A DNA stretch of 64,000 bases from positions 1,280,001 to 1,344,000 of the forward strand of contig CAXXWQ010000004.1 of NCBI GenBank assembly GCA_963674945.2. Direction: 5' to 3'. Under the pieces are notes generated by a model that did not search any database, was not told where the DNA came from, and saw only the letters and a list, made by a program, of their open reading frames with translations. Source of the stretch: an uncultured Desulfosarcina sp. Lineage in GTDB: Bacteria > Desulfobacterota > Desulfobacteria > Desulfobacterales > Desulfosarcinaceae. A program made the translations under genes and the position numbers. Positions 21,403 through 33,178 of the stretch are shown here, piece after piece; the stretch's first letter is position 1; the number at the start of each line of letters is the position of its first letter.

Positions 21403-24156
21403 TTAGTTTTCGGAATCGGTCAGAAGCTTTCTCAGGTCTTCCATGGCTTTGCCGTATTCAGCCCAGTTGCCTTGTTGCAGATCCTGCTGTGCCTTGCGGA
21501 ATACTTCCCGGACACGATCGAGAGTCTGGCTTTGAACGGGAATGGGAGTGGCCGCCTCCGGCTGTGGCGTGGTCGCCGCCCCGAAAAGGCTCTTGATGGC
21601 CTCGTCGAGTGTCGGGGCCATCACCACCTTGTCGCCGTAAATTGTAATCACCCGTTTAAGCTGAGGAATATTGATTCCCTCGGCGGTCAGATAGACCGGC
21701 TCGACGTAAAGGAAGGCATTTTCCATGGGAATAACGATCAGATTTCCCCGAAGGACGCGGGAGCCACGCTGGTCCCACAGGGATAGCTGCTCGGAGATGC
21801 GCGTATTCTGATCGATCATGGCTTCTACCTGGATGGGACCGTAAATCAGGCGCTCTTTGGGCAGTTGATAGACCAACAACTGGCCGTATTCGGGGAAATC
21901 ACATCGGGCAGCCATCCAGGAGATCATGTTGTCTCTGTTTTGCGGGGTGAATGGTGTCATGAGCAGGTATTGAAGCTCTTTTTCACCCGGAAGACGCATC
22001 AGGATATAGTAAGGTTCTACGGGAACCGCCTGGCCGGCGTATTTCTCCTGGGGAAAATTCCAAAGATCCTCCTGGTTGTAAAAAACCTGTGGATCGGTCA
22101 TATGGTAGGTCCGGTAGAGATCGGCCTGGATGGCGAAAAGATCCTCGGGATATCTCAGGTGGGTTTTGAGGTCTGCCGGCATTGTGTCCAGCACCTTGAA
22201 AACACCTGGAAATGCCTTGCGATATGCGCCCAGCAAAGGATCCTGGGAATCCGCAACATAGAAGGTAACGCTGCCATTGTAAACATCCACCACCGCCTTG
22301 GCCGAATTGCGGATGTAGTTGATCCGGTCAAACGCCTTTTCATAGGGCTGGGCATAGGGAAATCGATCGGAGACCGTGTACAGATCCTGGATCCAGTAAA
22401 ACCTGCCGCCGCTGAGCACCAGATACGGATCGCCGTCCACCTTCAAAAAGGGTGCAATGTGCCCCACCCGCTCCTTTACGCTGCGCCAGATCTGGATGCG
22501 GCTGCGGGGCTCGAGGTAGGAACTGAGCAATATATTGATGTCGGCCTGGGTCCATGAGAACAACAGGCGCTTCCACCAGGCGTCCAGCAGGATGCCGCCG
22601 CTGCCGTCGTAACTGGTGTAGGCGTTATTGTCACCCCTGGGAAAGTCGAATTCCTTGACGCTGGTGGCGACGATGCGGTAACCGGGGCTGTTCTCACCGT
22701 AATAGATGGCAGGCTGAACGATATTGACGCCGTAACCGGACTGGGGTGGAATATTTTCGACGATGTATTCGGGGAGCCCTTCGGCCGTTTTCTTGGAGAC
22801 AAAGTTCATCGCCATCCCGTATCCATGCGTAAACTGCAGGTTGCTGTTTACCCAGGTCCTGGCTTTGGGCGGCAGTTGGTCGGCCAGTTCCCGGGCGGAC
22901 AGCATGACCTGGTGATATCCGTTTTCCAGCCGATAACGTCCCACGTCCACGTCATAGAATTGATAATAAAGCCGAATCTCCTGTGTCTGCCGGTAGGTTT
23001 CGAGGATGGGGCGCCAATCCCATAGCCGGATATTATCGATGGTATCCTGATTGTCGCCGATGTCCTCGAGCGTCAGGTCCTGGAGTGCCGGATAGGTCTT
23101 TTCCTGAATGCGGTCCAGTTGGAAGGCTTTGCGCGTGAATGCGATGTTGTGCTCGAGGAAAGGTGTTTCCACCTGCAGTTCACTGGGGGCAACCTTGAAT
23201 TTTTGGATCACGCCGGGCAGGACGATCACCGTTACGGCATACAGAACCACGAAACTGCCTGCACTCACAACCAGTAAACCCCGGGATCGTTTTACCGGAA
23301 GGGAAACGGCGACCAGTCCAACGAGCACGACGGACGCGGCCAGCATGATCCAGAAGCTGATTCGGGTGATGTGATACGCCGTGTACCCCACGCCGTAAAC
23401 GATACCGGTCTGTTCGTAAAGAAGCTCGTAGCGGTCTAAAAAATAGCCCCAGGCCCACGATGCCAGCACCACGATCAGCAGCACGGCAAGATGATTGAAT
23501 GCCGTGTGGTCCTGGCGGAACCATCGACGCCATCCGGCCTGAAAGACGCCGAAATAACCATAGACAATGGAAGCCGCCACCAGATTGATCAGCGCCAGTC
23601 CGGTAAGGCTGCTCTGGATCAACTGGTAGAACGGCAGGCGAAAGAGGTAAAAACCGATATCCTTGTCGTAAATGGGGTCGACCTCCCCCGTGATTCCACC
23701 CCAGTGAAACCGCAAGACGGTATCCCACTCGGAATGGAGGGAAACCGCGAAAACGATCGCCAGCAGTAAGGCCCCCAGAAAACCGAGGGTCTTCAAAGCC
23801 TCCGGTGAGACCGACTCGCCCCGTACCGTGGGAAAGACCAGCTGAATTTCGGCGCCTTGGGAAGCAAAATGGTTTTTCGCGATGTTTTGTGCGGCGACGC
23901 GCAGGCTGAACCATGTCGGGACCATGACGCCTGCAAACGCCACGCCGGACAGGATCCACCGTACCGTGAGCAACCGCCAGAAAATCATGGTGTATCCCAC
24001 CTGCTTCATCCACAACCATTGTTGGACTGTTTTGCCCGACGCCGCCAAGGCGATCAGGAGCAGTATACCAGCCGATACCATCGATATGATAATCTTTATC
24101 TTGCGTTGCTGCATAATCCGTTTCCCGTCAGCTATGTTGAAAAACCGGTGTCTCAT
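21403..24156 (-). CDS. UPF0182 family membrane protein
   Basis: DPIYDKDIGFYLFRLP, NIRLWDWRP, THGYG, NYIRNSAK, GSRVLRGNL, YVEPVYL motifs. Confidence 0.9.
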   Translation of the reverse strand: MRHRFFNIADGKRIMQQRKIKIIISMVSAGILLLIALAASGKTVQQWLWMKQVGYTMIFWRLLTVRWILSGVAFAGVMVPTWFSLRVAAQNIAKNHFASQGAEIQLVFPTVRGESVSPEALKTLGFLGALLLAIVFAVSLHSEWDTVLRFHWGGITGEVDPIYDKDIGFYLFRLPFYQLIQSSLTGLALINLVAASIVYGYFGVFQAGWRRWFRQDHTAFNHLAVLLIVVLASWAWGYFLDRYELLYEQTGIVYGVGYTAYHITRISFWIMLAASVVLVGLVAVSLPVKRSRGLLVVSAGSFVVLYAVTVIVLPGVIQKFKVAPSELQVETPFLEHNIAFTRKAFQLDRIQEKTYPALQDLTLEDIGDNQDTIDNIRLWDWRPILETYRQTQEIRLYYQFYDVDVGRYRLENGYHQVMLSARELADQLPPKARTWVNSNLQFTHGYGMAMNFVSKKTAEGLPEYIVENIPPQSGYGVNIVQPAIYYGENSPGYRIVATSVKEFDFPRGDNNAYTSYDGSGGILLDAWWKRLLFSWTQADINILLSSYLEPRSRIQIWRSVKERVGHIAPFLKVDGDPYLVLSGGRFYWIQDLYTVSDRFPYAQPYEKAFDRINYIRNSAKAVVDVYNGSVTFYVADSQDPLLGAYRKAFPGVFKVLDTMPADLKTHLRYPEDLFAIQADLYRTYHMTDPQVFYNQEDLWNFPQEKYAGQAVPVEPYYILMRLPGEKELQYLLMTPFTPQNRDNMISWMAARCDFPEYGQLLVYQLPKERLIYGPIQVEAMIDQNTRISEQLSLWDQRGSRVLRGNLIVIPMENAFLYVEPVYLTAEGINIPQLKRVITIYGDKVVMAPTLDEAIKSLFGAATTPQPEAATPIPVQSQTLDRVREVFRKAQQDLQQGNWAEYGKAMEDLRKLLTDSEN

Positions 24157-24509
24157 CTCTTTTCTTGTGAGATGTAGTTACAACAATAAATCGATCACAC
24201 GGCAAGAAAATGGGCTGCGTCCCCTATTCAGAAGAAAAATGAAAGGTATATATGCTATTGTATCCGGCCCCAGGGTCGCGCCCGCCCCCTTCTCCATCAT
24301 CAGAAGGGATTTTATCGTTACAGAAAACTTGCATCCAATCATCGCCACGATGGCAGCCGACTCAAATATCAGACCGGGCGTCCCGTCGTTTTCCATCATA
24401 AATTCGATGAAATAAAGCCTTCACCCCATGTCCGGCGACCATCGAACGGTTTATGATGATAGAGATATCATGGCAATCTTCAGACAATCAAACTTGATCG
24501 AGGCTCGAT

Positions 24510-24917
24510 TTGACAATACGAATCGTCATCGCAGAGGACAATAAGCAATTCAGAGAAGTACTGCGCCAAATGATCACCTCTGTAGGCGGTCGGTACACAA
24601 TTGTGGACGAAGCAACCAATGGCGTCGAAGCCATCGCTTGTGTGGAAAACTGTCAACCCGACCTTCTCATTCTCGATTTAAAAATGCCCAATGTAGATGG
24701 GATCGAAGTGATCCAGGTTGTGAGGAAGCGATGGAAGCATATTCACATACTGGTCTTGACCATGAGCCAGTCCAGATTCATGCTCGAAAAAGCCATGGAA
24801 TCCGGTGCCAATGGGTACTGCACCAAGACCAGCAAAAGAGCTGAAATATTGAAAGCAGTGGAACTGGCGGCACGAGGCGATCTCTATATCAGCCCTGACA
24901 TGGATGATGCTTATTGA
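24510..24917 (+). CDS. stand-alone receiver domain protein (NarL-type REC, no HTH)
   Basis: IVIAEDN, PDLLILDLKMP, GANGYCTK; TTG start. Confidence 0.8.
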   Translation: MTIRIVIAEDNKQFREVLRQMITSVGGRYTIVDEATNGVEAIACVENCQPDLLILDLKMPNVDGIEVIQVVRKRWKHIHILVLTMSQSRFMLEKAMESGANGYCTKTSKRAEILKAVELAARGDLYISPDMDDAY

Positions 24918-25009
24918 AACCCGGTTCATCCCCACGGGATGGAAAGATGCTACACCCGAATTTCTCCACAAATACAGTGCAGACCCCACATTGAAAAATT
25001 GGATCCACG

Positions 25010-26410
25010 TCAGGCAGCGGATGACCAGGCGATGTCAAGTAAACCGACATGAACGGTTTTGGCGTGAACAAAGTCCTTCATTCCGAAATCATGCAACGGA
25101 TCGTTTCCATTTTTTCGTTCTCCGATCCCGAACAGTGGCATATGGGTGCCGGGTGGCGTAAATGCATTGATGAAACATTGCCCTGCCGCGAGCTGCTCTG
25201 CCGCGATCTGTCTGCCCCGGGAAATGTTCCGGGTAAATACGGTAGCACCGTTTCCGAAATTCGCGTCGTTGGCCACGCGAACGGCCTCTTTTTCATCGCT
25301 GACCGGAACCACGATCGCAACGGGTCCGAATGTCTCTTCTTCATACACACGCATTCCGCGACCAACATCGGTCAGTACGGTGGGTGGATAAAAAAACCCC
25401 TTCCCCTTGTCCACCTTTCCTCCCAGCAGACATCGGGCGCCCCTGTCGATGCTGCTTCTTACCTGTTGATCGACGGTATCTCTAAGATCTTTTCGGGCAA
25501 TGGGCCCGATGTTGGTGTTCCTGTGCAAAGGATCCCCCATCCTTACGTTTCTCATTCGTTTGACCAATCGCTGTTCGAACGCCTCGCGTATGCCCTTAGA
25601 AACGATGAATCGCTTTACCGCCACACAACTCTGGCCGGAATTGGAAAGGCAGCCGGAAACGCAGGTTTCCACCGTCCTATCGAGTTCCGCATCATCCAAT
25701 ATGATGTTGGGATCGGATCCTCCCAGCTCAAACACATCTTTTTTGATAACGCCGCCGACTTGTTTTATTATGGCTTGCCCGGCCGTCTTGCTTCCCGATA
25801 GGATGACGGCCTTGATTCGAGAATCGTCAACGACGAATTTCACCTGTTGCCCGGGGATTCGCAAGACTTGAAAAAGCCCCTGTGGAAAACCCGCGCGGAT
25901 CATTATATTCTCTATGGCCAGACTACAACCGGGAACCGAAGAGGAATGTTTCAACAGCACGGCATTGCCGGCCATTATCGCCGGTGCGGCGTATCGAAAC
26001 ACCTGCCAGAAGGGATAGTTCCAGGACATGACGACGACTATCGTGCCAAATGGAAGAACCGCCGTCAGTTGACCTTTTGTGCCGTTTTCACCCATCTTCA
26101 AAGAGAGGGTGCGCGCAGCCGTTTCCGTCAAGTTCCGGCACAACCAGATGCACTTTTCGATTTCGTCCATACCTTGACGGACCGGCTTGCCCATCTCCAG
26201 GGCCATCAATTCGGCATTGTGTGTTTTTTCATCCGTAAGCAAGGCTGCCATTTTGGACATACAATCGGATCGATGACCGACATCCGTATTCCGCCAGGTC
26301 TGCCATGCTTCGTCTGCCGTCTCCAGTCGATCATACACCTGCTTGTCGTTCATGGCATTATATTCATTCACCACCCCTCCTGTTGCCGGATTCGTGACGG
26401 TGATTTTCAT
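25010..26410 (-). CDS. NAD(P)-dependent aldehyde dehydrogenase (succinate-semialdehyde dehydrogenase-like)
   Basis: SWNYPFWQ, LLKH, FELGGSDP, NSGQSC, EETFGP; RBS GGGGAGG. Confidence 0.88.
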   Translation of the reverse strand: MKITVTNPATGGVVNEYNAMNDKQVYDRLETADEAWQTWRNTDVGHRSDCMSKMAALLTDEKTHNAELMALEMGKPVRQGMDEIEKCIWLCRNLTETAARTLSLKMGENGTKGQLTAVLPFGTIVVVMSWNYPFWQVFRYAAPAIMAGNAVLLKHSSSVPGCSLAIENIMIRAGFPQGLFQVLRIPGQQVKFVVDDSRIKAVILSGSKTAGQAIIKQVGGVIKKDVFELGGSDPNIILDDAELDRTVETCVSGCLSNSGQSCVAVKRFIVSKGIREAFEQRLVKRMRNVRMGDPLHRNTNIGPIARKDLRDTVDQQVRSSIDRGARCLLGGKVDKGKGFFYPPTVLTDVGRGMRVYEEETFGPVAIVVPVSDEKEAVRVANDANFGNGATVFTRNISRGRQIAAEQLAAGQCFINAFTPPGTHMPLFGIGERKNGNDPLHDFGMKDFVHAKTVHVGLLDIAWSSAA

Positions 26411-26611
26411 TGATCCCTCCCCTATTGATGGTTTGCACCGTTTCATCTGTTTTCACGCATTGCTCGTTTTTTACGCTCTCACCGTACTATAGATGCAACG
26501 GTTGAATAATGGGGTCTTGCCCTGATTTTGAACGATCAGGAACCACTATATGTTGTCATCGACAAAGAAAGGGGTGGTGTGCGTGAATTGGTAAGCCGAA
26601 CACGAATGGCT

Positions 26612-29209
26612 TTACGTTGCGCAATCCATACGATGGGAAGACAGGCAACTGTTACGAATGGCTTCGATCAACGCGGCGCCGTGACAATCTTTGTTCTTGT
26701 AGGAAATCGCACCGGCATCGAGCATGGACTGGGCCTGGTCTTCGTCTTCATGCATGGAAAGGGCGATGATTCGGATATGGGGTGATTCGTTGTGGATGCG
26801 TTTCGTGGCCTCGATGCCATTGAGACCCGGCATGCTGATATCCATCAGAATAACATCTGGGGCAAGTCTCTTCGATAGAACAATCGCCTCGTTGCCATCG
26901 CAGGCCTGGCCGACGACACTCATATCGGCTTCCTTGTCGACGACCCGGGTAATTCCATCCCGGAAGAGGGAATGATCATCGACGATGAGCACGCGAATCA
27001 TTTTTTTCTCGGCCGTTTTTTGCTCTCCGGTGGCGGTTGTTCCGTTGGAGGCGGCTACTTCCGTATCGGATTCTTCCATGATGATATCATGGGGAATGAC
27101 AATGGTGAAACGACTGCCCGTTTTGGGAGAGCTGTCGATTTCAAATTTTCCTCCGATTAAATGGATTCGCTCACGAATGCTCAACAAACCAAAGCCTCTG
27201 TTGCACCCGTCTGCTCGGTCAACGCTGTCGGGGTCAAAGCCGATTCCCCTGTCGCTCACCACAATCCGATTATCATGTTCACGATTTTCGGTTATCGATA
27301 TGTAGGCGTTATCGACATTGGCGTGTTTAACAATGTTGAACAGCAATTCACGAATGGACTCGAAGACCAAAATTTTCACATCTTCGGGCAATTGAGGCGT
27401 AAACTCACTTTCGATGATGATCTTCAATCCATGTTTGTCCCGCATCCACCGCTTCAACCACTCCAGTCCGGCCAGCAGACCACCTTCGTATAGAACAGGC
27501 GGACTCAACTGGGCACTCAGGGAACGAGATATCTCTATGCTTTCAAAGATGACCTTTTCAGTTTCCGTCATCGACTCTTTTACATCTTTGTCTTCGACCC
27601 GGTCGATGAGGCCGTTCAACTGCAGTTTGGCGACGGCCAGGCATTGTTGCAGACCATCGTGCAGCACTTGAGAGAGCCGTTTTCTCTCTCGCTGTTCTGC
27701 CATTGTCAACTCACCCGCCAGAAATCTGAGCTGGGCAGCCCGCACGGTCAGCGTTTGATTTGCAATGGACAGATTTCTCTCCGCCGCTTTGCGCAATTCG
27801 ATCTCCGCTTCCAGACTATCGACCAGTTCTGCCAGGGTGGCTGTACGTGATTTAACCTTTTCTTCGAGTTCAATGTTGACATTGCGCAACGCCTCCTGAA
27901 CCTTGACCCGTTGAATGGCAAGTGCAACCTGGTCGGTGACAATTCGCATTACTTCGAGCTCGTCTTCTTTGAAATACTTTCGGGTACGAGTTCCAAAGGA
28001 AAGCGTGCCAATCAATTTGTCTTCGACGATCAGAGGATGGCAGCAATATGCTTGCACACCATAGGAGGCCACCAACTCGGTTCTGGCACCAGGAGTATTG
28101 AGTATGTCTTCTTCGACAATGGGCTGACGACTTTGAGCAACGGCGTGGCAAATGGCAGTTCCATTTTCGTATCGTTCAAACTTTTCGGTCTCATTCGACG
28201 ACACGCCGATCCAAGTATTAAGACGCAGTCGCCCCGTCTCATCGTCTATCAAAAAGTTGAAACATACATGGCAATCCAGATGTCTCATCACCAACCGGCA
28301 AAGATCATTGACGATGGTCCGGGGTTTTTTCGCAGCAAGCAGTCGCCCCGCCGTATCGGACAGCAGCTTGAAGCGAGCCTCACTGTCCTGGAGCACCTTT
28401 TTGCTTTGCATCAGGTCTCTGAACATCAGATCATAAGGTTTTGACAGCCCGGTTACGATCACTGATTTGTAAATACAGAAGAAAGATGCAATTTTGAGCA
28501 GGTGGCCTGCCATGTTGGAAAGGTCGTACACGCCGACATAGGTGGTGAAAGTCAATTCCGACGTGATTGTCAAGATAAAGGAAGCCAACAACCAACGCAG
28601 GACGGCGGAATCGAAAAGGGAACGCAAACGATAGACCCGGATCCCACCGATCACCAGGATCAGGCTGATGATGTATTCGCTGTAAATCTTAAACGGGGTT
28701 AAACCGATGGAATCTTCCAGAAAACAAACAGGAAATACGTGCCAATACAAGATGAACAGCAGCAGCAGCGCGGTTATTCCGCCATAGACGAATGCCACCA
28801 GACCTGGCCGAATATGCCGGTGAACCATGAAAGTTCCGACGAAAAGGGTTGCACTCTCCAGGTAACGTGCCGCGATCCATAGCTGAGTCGGCGTGTTGGC
28901 GTCCAAACCGAGAAGGACATTCATCCCCTCGTAGGTTAATGTATGCGTCAGATCCACACCACCAACGAACAGGTAGGCGATGCCGACGAACAACAGATAG
29001 TGATTTTCGATAAAACGCCTTGAATTCCAGGCCACCATGAAAATGCCGCATGCGATAATGATGGCAAAGAGTTCGGCCAGGATGTGAAACAACAGGTAGT
29101 TGTAACGGTATGCGGCGTACAACCCCAGTATCGCAATCAACGTCACGGCGGTGAGAACAAACCCGCTGTGCTTTCTATTTTCGTTGGCCGTGGTTCTTTC
29201 CAAAGTCAA
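26612..29209 (-). CDS. hybrid sensor kinase: MASE3-like membrane domain, GAF, HisKA_3, HATPase and REC
   Basis: about 8 TM N-terminus (YLLFHILAELF), ERKRLSQVLHDGLQQ, ELLFNIVKH, DRGIGF, GFGLLSIRER, C-terminal DVILMDISMP. Confidence 0.9.
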   Translation of the reverse strand: MTLERTTANENRKHSGFVLTAVTLIAILGLYAAYRYNYLLFHILAELFAIIIACGIFMVAWNSRRFIENHYLLFVGIAYLFVGGVDLTHTLTYEGMNVLLGLDANTPTQLWIAARYLESATLFVGTFMVHRHIRPGLVAFVYGGITALLLLFILYWHVFPVCFLEDSIGLTPFKIYSEYIISLILVIGGIRVYRLRSLFDSAVLRWLLASFILTITSELTFTTYVGVYDLSNMAGHLLKIASFFCIYKSVIVTGLSKPYDLMFRDLMQSKKVLQDSEARFKLLSDTAGRLLAAKKPRTIVNDLCRLVMRHLDCHVCFNFLIDDETGRLRLNTWIGVSSNETEKFERYENGTAICHAVAQSRQPIVEEDILNTPGARTELVASYGVQAYCCHPLIVEDKLIGTLSFGTRTRKYFKEDELEVMRIVTDQVALAIQRVKVQEALRNVNIELEEKVKSRTATLAELVDSLEAEIELRKAAERNLSIANQTLTVRAAQLRFLAGELTMAEQRERKRLSQVLHDGLQQCLAVAKLQLNGLIDRVEDKDVKESMTETEKVIFESIEISRSLSAQLSPPVLYEGGLLAGLEWLKRWMRDKHGLKIIIESEFTPQLPEDVKILVFESIRELLFNIVKHANVDNAYISITENREHDNRIVVSDRGIGFDPDSVDRADGCNRGFGLLSIRERIHLIGGKFEIDSSPKTGSRFTIVIPHDIIMEESDTEVAASNGTTATGEQKTAEKKMIRVLIVDDHSLFRDGITRVVDKEADMSVVGQACDGNEAIVLSKRLAPDVILMDISMPGLNGIEATKRIHNESPHIRIIALSMHEDEDQAQSMLDAGAISYKNKDCHGAALIEAIRNSCLSSHRMDCAT

Positions 29210-29626
29210 TCTTACCTGATTCGTGGTGCGGCGGAGTGTTTTTCATTTCAATCCACTATGACGAGCCCTGAAATGCCCCAATTTCTGAATTTGTTTATGC
29301 ATCAATCGTATATTCTGTTTATAAGGAGAGATATATCCAATCCAATGTATAGGTGGTCTCGATCAATGGTGCAAGGTCTAATTTTACCTTCTCAACCGAC
29401 TTCGCCGTCTTGTGTTGACACCTGAGATCATATTCTCCCCGCCGAATCGATCGCCTCACACCATCCTCCCGGCATCTGGACATCAGCGTAGGACACTGCC
29501 TGACACAAAATGCCAAGCCGGTCCTACATCATAATCGGAAACCGGCTTATACCCTGCCGTATTCAATTGACTTACATTTCAAACAAGAAAAACCGTATTC
29601 TCAACCAACTGAGAAAGGAGAAGGCC

Positions 29627-31108
29627 ATGAATAAGTACAAGAACAACCCATTTTTTTATCTATTGGCAATAATGATCGTTGCACTGACCATTGGATTGAT
29701 ACATGGGAAATCACCTTCAAGCCACATCGCCGTGGCCTCTGCAAGCAAGGATGAACATTTCACACCGGCAGCGACCGAGATATCGGCGTCCGGCTGGAAG
29801 ACCGCCATTACCCGTGTGGCACATGAAAATATCCCGGCAGTGGTTCACATCGACGTAACCCAGCGGCGGGAGGTTGCCAATCCAATGATGCCTTTCGGCA
29901 ACGACCCGTTTTTTCATTTCTTTTTCAACGGTCCCCAGCCACCCCAAAAATTCAAACAGGAATTGAGAGGCCTGGGAACCGGCATGCTCATCGACGACAC
30001 GGGAAATATTCTGACCAATAACCACGTGGTCGCCGGTGCCACCGAAATCAATGTCTTGCTGGCAGACGGCACCACTTTCCCGGCCACGTTGGTGGGCACG
30101 GACCCCAAGACCGATCTGGCGATAATCCGTATAAAGGCGGACAAGAAACTGCAGTGGGTGACCTTCGGTGATTCGGACCAGATGGAGGTCGGCGATTGGG
30201 TGGTGGCCATCGGTCATCCCCGCGGGCTGGACCAGACAGTCACCCAGGGAATCATCAGTGCCAAGCATCGGCGCGGCGTCCTCGACCCGACCTCATACCA
30301 GGACTATCTGCAAACCGATGCGGCAATCAACCCGGGCAACAGCGGTGGACCGCTGCTCAACCTGGACGGGCAGGTCGTGGGCGTCAACGCTGCCATCGCG
30401 ACCGACTCGGGCGGTTTCGAGGGAATCGGTTTTGCCATTCCAAGCAATATGGCCGTTCATGTGGCAAAGGCCCTGATCGACCACGGCAAGGTCATCCGCG
30501 GCTGGCTGGGTGTCAGCATTCGGGATCTTGCACCGGATCAGGTCAAAGCCCTGAAGCTTGAAAATAATAAAGGCGCATGGATCGCCGACGTGATTCCGGA
30601 AAGTCCGGCGGCGAAGGCGGGTTTGAAGAAAGGCGACCTAATTGTGGATTTTAAAGGCAAACCGGTTACGGATGCCGGCGCGTTGCAACGCATGGTGGGT
30701 GATACACCGGTCGGTCATACGGCGAACCTGAAAGTAATCAGGGACGGAAAAACCGTGGATTTGATGGTTGCGATCGGTAATATGGATGATGCCGTTCGCC
30801 GCATCGCCGCCTCCCTGGAGGATCGGATCGGCGCAGTGGTACGCCCCTTGAAGGCAGATGAGCGCGGCAAATATGGGCTCGAACCGGGCCAGGGTGTGGC
30901 CATTTCATCCCTGGACAAAAACGGTCCCCTGGAAACCGTCGGATTCGAGAAAAACGACGTGATTCTGAATGTCAACAACCTTCCCGTTAAAGGTGTCGAA
31001 GGATTCGTGGCGTTGATCAAGTCCCTGCCGCCCCATCAACAGGTCCTGTTCAAGGCCCTGGATCATCGGACCGGTCAGAGTGGATTTGTGCAGGTCACCA
31101 TCGGATAA
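29627..31108 (+). CDS. degP: HtrA/DegP-family serine protease with two PDZ domains
   Basis: LTNNHV, DLAII, TDAAINPGNSGGPL; RBS AAGGAG. Confidence 0.92.
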   Translation: MNKYKNNPFFYLLAIMIVALTIGLIHGKSPSSHIAVASASKDEHFTPAATEISASGWKTAITRVAHENIPAVVHIDVTQRREVANPMMPFGNDPFFHFFFNGPQPPQKFKQELRGLGTGMLIDDTGNILTNNHVVAGATEINVLLADGTTFPATLVGTDPKTDLAIIRIKADKKLQWVTFGDSDQMEVGDWVVAIGHPRGLDQTVTQGIISAKHRRGVLDPTSYQDYLQTDAAINPGNSGGPLLNLDGQVVGVNAAIATDSGGFEGIGFAIPSNMAVHVAKALIDHGKVIRGWLGVSIRDLAPDQVKALKLENNKGAWIADVIPESPAAKAGLKKGDLIVDFKGKPVTDAGALQRMVGDTPVGHTANLKVIRDGKTVDLMVAIGNMDDAVRRIAASLEDRIGAVVRPLKADERGKYGLEPGQGVAISSLDKNGPLETVGFEKNDVILNVNNLPVKGVEGFVALIKSLPPHQQVLFKALDHRTGQSGFVQVTIG

Positions 31109-31182
31109 CGGCTCTCGCCTGCCGTGTTACTCTCTATCGTGAAAGTTATCGCCAATCCGTTCCGGCACCGGAGGAGGTCGGC

Positions 31183-33144
31183 ATGAAACAACAGCACAAG
31201 TTCTCCCTTGGTTATTCTCTGTTTGTCTTCTTCACGATCATTCTTATGGAATCGATCTTTTTCAGCGGCACGGCGGTCAAGGAAATTTCGTACAGTCGTT
31301 TTCGCAATCTGCTGGCCGACAACCGGATTCAAAGCGTCATCGTCGAATCGGACCGCATTTATGGTCTGGAAAAGGCTCCGGCATCGGCAAAGAGTAAGAC
31401 AGAGAAGGAATCCCCGGCATTTCAGCCACACCGTAAAAGAGCGCCATGGCACTTGAATTTCAGTCTGTCCAGGGATAAGACCGAACAGCGGGCCGAGCGC
31501 CAGTTCACGGCCATGCGCCTTGAGGACCCGACGCTGATTGCCGATCTTCAGGCGCATGGCGTGGACTATCGCGGAAAGATCGAATCCCACTGGTTGTCCA
31601 ATTTCATTTCCAACTGGATCCTGCCGATGGCGCTTCTCGTTTTTTTGGGTAGTTTTTTGGCCCGGCGCATGGGTAAGGGTGCCGCCGGCTTTTTGGACGT
31701 GGGAAAAAACAGGGCACGAATTTATGCCGTAGATCCTTCGCAAAAGGTCACGTTCGACGATGTCGCCGGCGTGGACGAAGCCGCCGAAGAGGTCAAAGAG
31801 GTGGTTTCATTTCTCGAAAATCCGGACCATTTTACCCGATTGGGGGCCAAACTGCCCAAGGGGATCTTATTGGTCGGCCCACCGGGAACGGGAAAAACGC
31901 TGTTGGCAAGAGCCGTTGCCGGAGAGGCCGGTGTGCCCTTCTTCAGCCTGAGTGGTTCGGATTTTGTGGAGATGTTTGTGGGCGTGGGTGCAGCGCGGGT
32001 TCGCGATCTGTTCAAGGATGCCAAGGCCAAGGCACCGTGCATTATCTTTATCGACGAGTTGGATGCAGTGGGCAAAAACCGCTCCCAGGGCGCCATCATT
32101 GGGGGAAACGACGAACGGGAAAACACCCTCAACCAGTTGCTGACGGAAATGGACGGTTTCGATCCACGGTCGGGAATCATCATCATGGGCGCCACCAATC
32201 GTCCCGAGGTCCTCGATCCCGCCCTTTTGCGCCCGGGGCGGTTCGATCGTCAGATTCTGGTGGATCGACCCGACCTTGGCGGCCGTATGGAGATTTTCAA
32301 AGTGCATACACGGGGCTTCACGATCGACCCGAATGTGGACTTTCGGAAGCTGGCTGCCGAAACACCCGGATTTGCCGGAGCCGAAATCGCCAATGTTTGT
32401 AACGAAGCGGCTCTTCTGGCTTCGCGTAGGGACCACCAGACCATTTCACATGCCGATTTTCAGGATGCCATCGAACGTGTCATCGCAGGGCTTGAAAAGA
32501 AGAACAAACTGATCAATCCTCACGAGCGTAAAGTGGTGGCGTACCACGAATCGGGCCACGCCATCGTCGGACACCTCACAACGGGGGCCGATCCGGTACA
32601 GAAGGTCTCGATTGTTCCCAGAGGGATCGGTGCGTTGGGCTATACCCTGCAAACGCCGTTGGAAGATCGTTTCCTCATGTCGCGAACCGAACTAGTGGGT
32701 AAAATCAAGGGACTGTTGGGCGGTCGTGCAGCGGAAGAGCTTGTCTTCGGCGATATCTCCACCGGGGCTGCCAATGATTTGGAAAAAGTCGCAGACATCG
32801 TCCGTAACATGTTGACCGTGTATGGGATGAGTGAACAGATGCCCAACCGGTCGCTGGTGGAAAATGCTTCCAATCCCTTTCTTGGGCAGGGGCCGTCCAC
32901 GCAGCGCCGCTCGGAAACGCTCGAAACGCTGATCGATCAAGAGACACAAAAAATCATCGATGATGCGTACCAGAAGGCCCGTCAAATCCTCATCGAGCAC
33001 CGTGGAGAACTGGAGTCCATGGCAGGACTGCTGCTGGAAAAAGAGAACATCGACGGACAGGACATTCAGCGAATTCTGGGACAGAATCTGAGGGATGAGG
33101 ATAACACTGCCAGAACGACTCTACCATTGGCTGCATCACGATAG
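31183..33144 (+). CDS. ftsH: ATP-dependent zinc metalloprotease FtsH
   Basis: two TM segments, [32 protein letters not shown]. Confidence 0.95.
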   Translation: MKQQHKFSLGYSLFVFFTIILMESIFFSGTAVKEISYSRFRNLLADNRIQSVIVESDRIYGLEKAPASAKSKTEKESPAFQPHRKRAPWHLNFSLSRDKTEQRAERQFTAMRLEDPTLIADLQAHGVDYRGKIESHWLSNFISNWILPMALLVFLGSFLARRMGKGAAGFLDVGKNRARIYAVDPSQKVTFDDVAGVDEAAEEVKEVVSFLENPDHFTRLGAKLPKGILLVGPPGTGKTLLARAVAGEAGVPFFSLSGSDFVEMFVGVGAARVRDLFKDAKAKAPCIIFIDELDAVGKNRSQGAIIGGNDERENTLNQLLTEMDGFDPRSGIIIMGATNRPEVLDPALLRPGRFDRQILVDRPDLGGRMEIFKVHTRGFTIDPNVDFRKLAAETPGFAGAEIANVCNEAALLASRRDHQTISHADFQDAIERVIAGLEKKNKLINPHERKVVAYHESGHAIVGHLTTGADPVQKVSIVPRGIGALGYTLQTPLEDRFLMSRTELVGKIKGLLGGRAAEELVFGDISTGAANDLEKVADIVRNMLTVYGMSEQMPNRSLVENASNPFLGQGPSTQRRSETLETLIDQETQKIIDDAYQKARQILIEHRGELESMAGLLLEKENIDGQDIQRILGQNLRDEDNTARTTLPLAASR

Positions 33145-33178
33145 CAATACCGCCCCGGAAGAAAAGGATGTGGATAGG